Below are positions 34,203-36,127 of a stretch of 36,127 nt of DNA, piece after piece. Numbering within the stretch: position 1 is the stretch's first letter; each line of letters starts with the position of its first letter. The notes below the pieces were generated by a model, which worked only from the letters and a program-made list of their open reading frames with translations, searched no databases and was not told where the DNA came from. Source of the stretch: Octopus bimaculoides (taxonomy: Eukaryota); the NCBI RefSeq assembly GCF_001194135.2, contig NC_068981.1, forward strand, positions 70,593,802 through 70,629,928. Direction: 5' to 3'. The translations under genes were made by a program, and so were the position numbers.

Positions 34203-36035
34203 AGATTACGGTTCATTTCAAATGTCATGTTCGCTTGAAAAGATAATTGGATGTTATTCTCTCCCTACCTCGCCTCTCCTACTTTCACACTCTCTCTTTC
34301 TACTTCTCTCTCTTTCTAATAAAATTGTCATCCAAAAGATTATGAAATGAATTGTTTCATACCCACATACAAGTTTTTTATATTTCTTTTTTTCATGTTT
34401 TTGTAAATCTGTTTCTTATAAACCACCTATTTATTTCAGCGGTTTTAACACTGATGGAATTCTATCCTTCCAGTTTATTGAAACCATTATAGTTTCTACG
34501 ACCGCAATACTAACATGCTTCCAACATAGAATAATGCTTATGTTCCATCGAAGTTAAATGTTCTTCCATAATTTGTACCAAGTCAAAGCTTTCTCATCGT
34601 CCGTATCATTTTATCAGAATCTATTCTTCCAGTTAGAAAATGCAGTTATGTGCAAATTAAATTAAACAAACGCTCCGAAAGAATGTAGATTCAGCAGTTG
34701 AATACTATGTACATTATGGGCTACATTTGGTGGAAAAAAATCAATTTCTTTTTCCTAATGTTCTAGTATGTTTTAATATTTACGAAATATAAGCCAGGTT
34801 ATTGCGCTAACGATTACAATCCATGCAGTGCTCATAGAGCTGTATGAATTCCAGTCGTTTAAATATTCCTTCACTGCAAATCAATTATATAAGGGATAGA
34901 AAGTGTTTCTTAACTGATCGATTAATTCTAGGGTTGTAACAGAAACAGCCTTAATGAAATTCCATTCTCGTAATTTATTTATTTTCTGGCTAATTACTTC
35001 ACCTCCACATGGAGTTGAGATATCTGTATCCTTTTAAGCGTAACATTTTAGGGAGTATTCTCACTAATTTGTTATAAACCACGTACAATTTAAAGTTAAT
35101 ACTAATGGTTAATGAATTATTATGTAACTGTTCACTGTTACAGACATTTCACAGAGTTTTAATGTTCTTCAATATTCCATTTATACCCAGGTATAATTGA
35201 GTGGCATTACCTTATATTCAACAATATCTAATTCAAAGGACATTCTAACCATCTAAGAATTTTATATTGTTATTTAATGAAAACAGCGTATTTGTAGATT
35301 TTTTCAAGTTAAATATTGTAGAATTTGATGTCGCAAACGACAGATGAAGATTCCGCAACATATTGCTGAACAACTTGCCGAACAACTTGCTGAACGATTT
35401 GTCTAGCAAATATGTGTGCGGTATATTGGCTACACAGCGCACCCCCATCAAATTGACATTGCCTGTTGAAGTTCACGGCAGACGAACGGAAGATGTACTG
35501 TTTTACTAAAGAATACAAAGCACCGCCCGATCCGGGAATCGGAACGTTACTAGATAATGCAACATGTTGAACACTGGGCCACACGCTTTCACAAGATGGT
35601 GTAATTATGTAATAAACAATGTTTAGACTTTATCTTCCCAGGAATTTCAAAAAATTACATCTGTTTATCGAAAATTCATATCTACTCCAAAAAGGAAATT
35701 TCGACGCCTTAGCATTGGCATGGCCGTTTTAAATTAATTATCCCCAATTATTCACTCAAGATGTTATAAATCAGGTTATATTAGTATTTCGTTTTGGGAT
35801 TTGGTTTGGAAGATTCTTTATGTGAGTTCTTGTGTTGAAGCATATGCTGTTGTTTCTGGAGAGAGTCATTCAATTTTAGTGCCATATAATTTAACACATT
35901 CACCGGTAAAATTTCCACTTATTTACTTATTTATTTTTCGAAAAATTTCGTTGCGTCTTGCAACCTTTCCAATAGTTTTGACTCTGTCAGTTATTCAAGC
36001 TGCGTTCTTGAATAACGAACAGAGTCAACACACAG

Positions 36036-36073
<38 letters not shown>

Positions 36074-36127
36074 ACACAGAGTCAGATATGTACACACAAG
36101 GACACAGCGGCAGTCTTGTTCGCATAC

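Noticed and set aside
1-36127. CRISPR arrays, rRNA, bona fide tRNA genes, prokaryotic operons
   Set aside because: Eukaryotic repeat-rich DNA with no regularly spaced repeats. The tRNA-like A/B boxes belong to SINE heads that lack a full cloverleaf.

Overview
AT-rich eukaryotic DNA from a gapped short-read assembly (about a quarter of the window is N, and most gaps abut microsatellites). The SINE families and repeat landscape look like a cephalopod, probably Octopus; this is inference from recalled repeat sequences. I found no intact host gene. The window is a dense graveyard of decayed transposons: Helitron 5' ends with a RepHel N-terminal relic, a HINE-like element, a piggyBac (PGBD3-like) transposase relic, a Penelope-like element retaining RT and GIY-YIG motifs, a mariner relic, three RLE-type LINE 3' fragments (two R4/Dong-like, one HERO-like), a triple C2H2 LINE tail, tRNA-type SINEs and a fold-back MITE. 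The most notable unexplained structure is a ~585 bp fold-back at 16521-17105. Its two arms each carry a degenerate minimal type I hammerhead ribozyme, and its spacer holds a PLE endonuclease-like tail. Also notable: 7 of 8 recognisable TE coding relics lie on the minus strand, there is a possible plus-strand terminal exon at 34103, and there is an unexplained ~1 kb direct repeat. Most long ORFs in the supplied track are artefacts of N runs and microsatellites.
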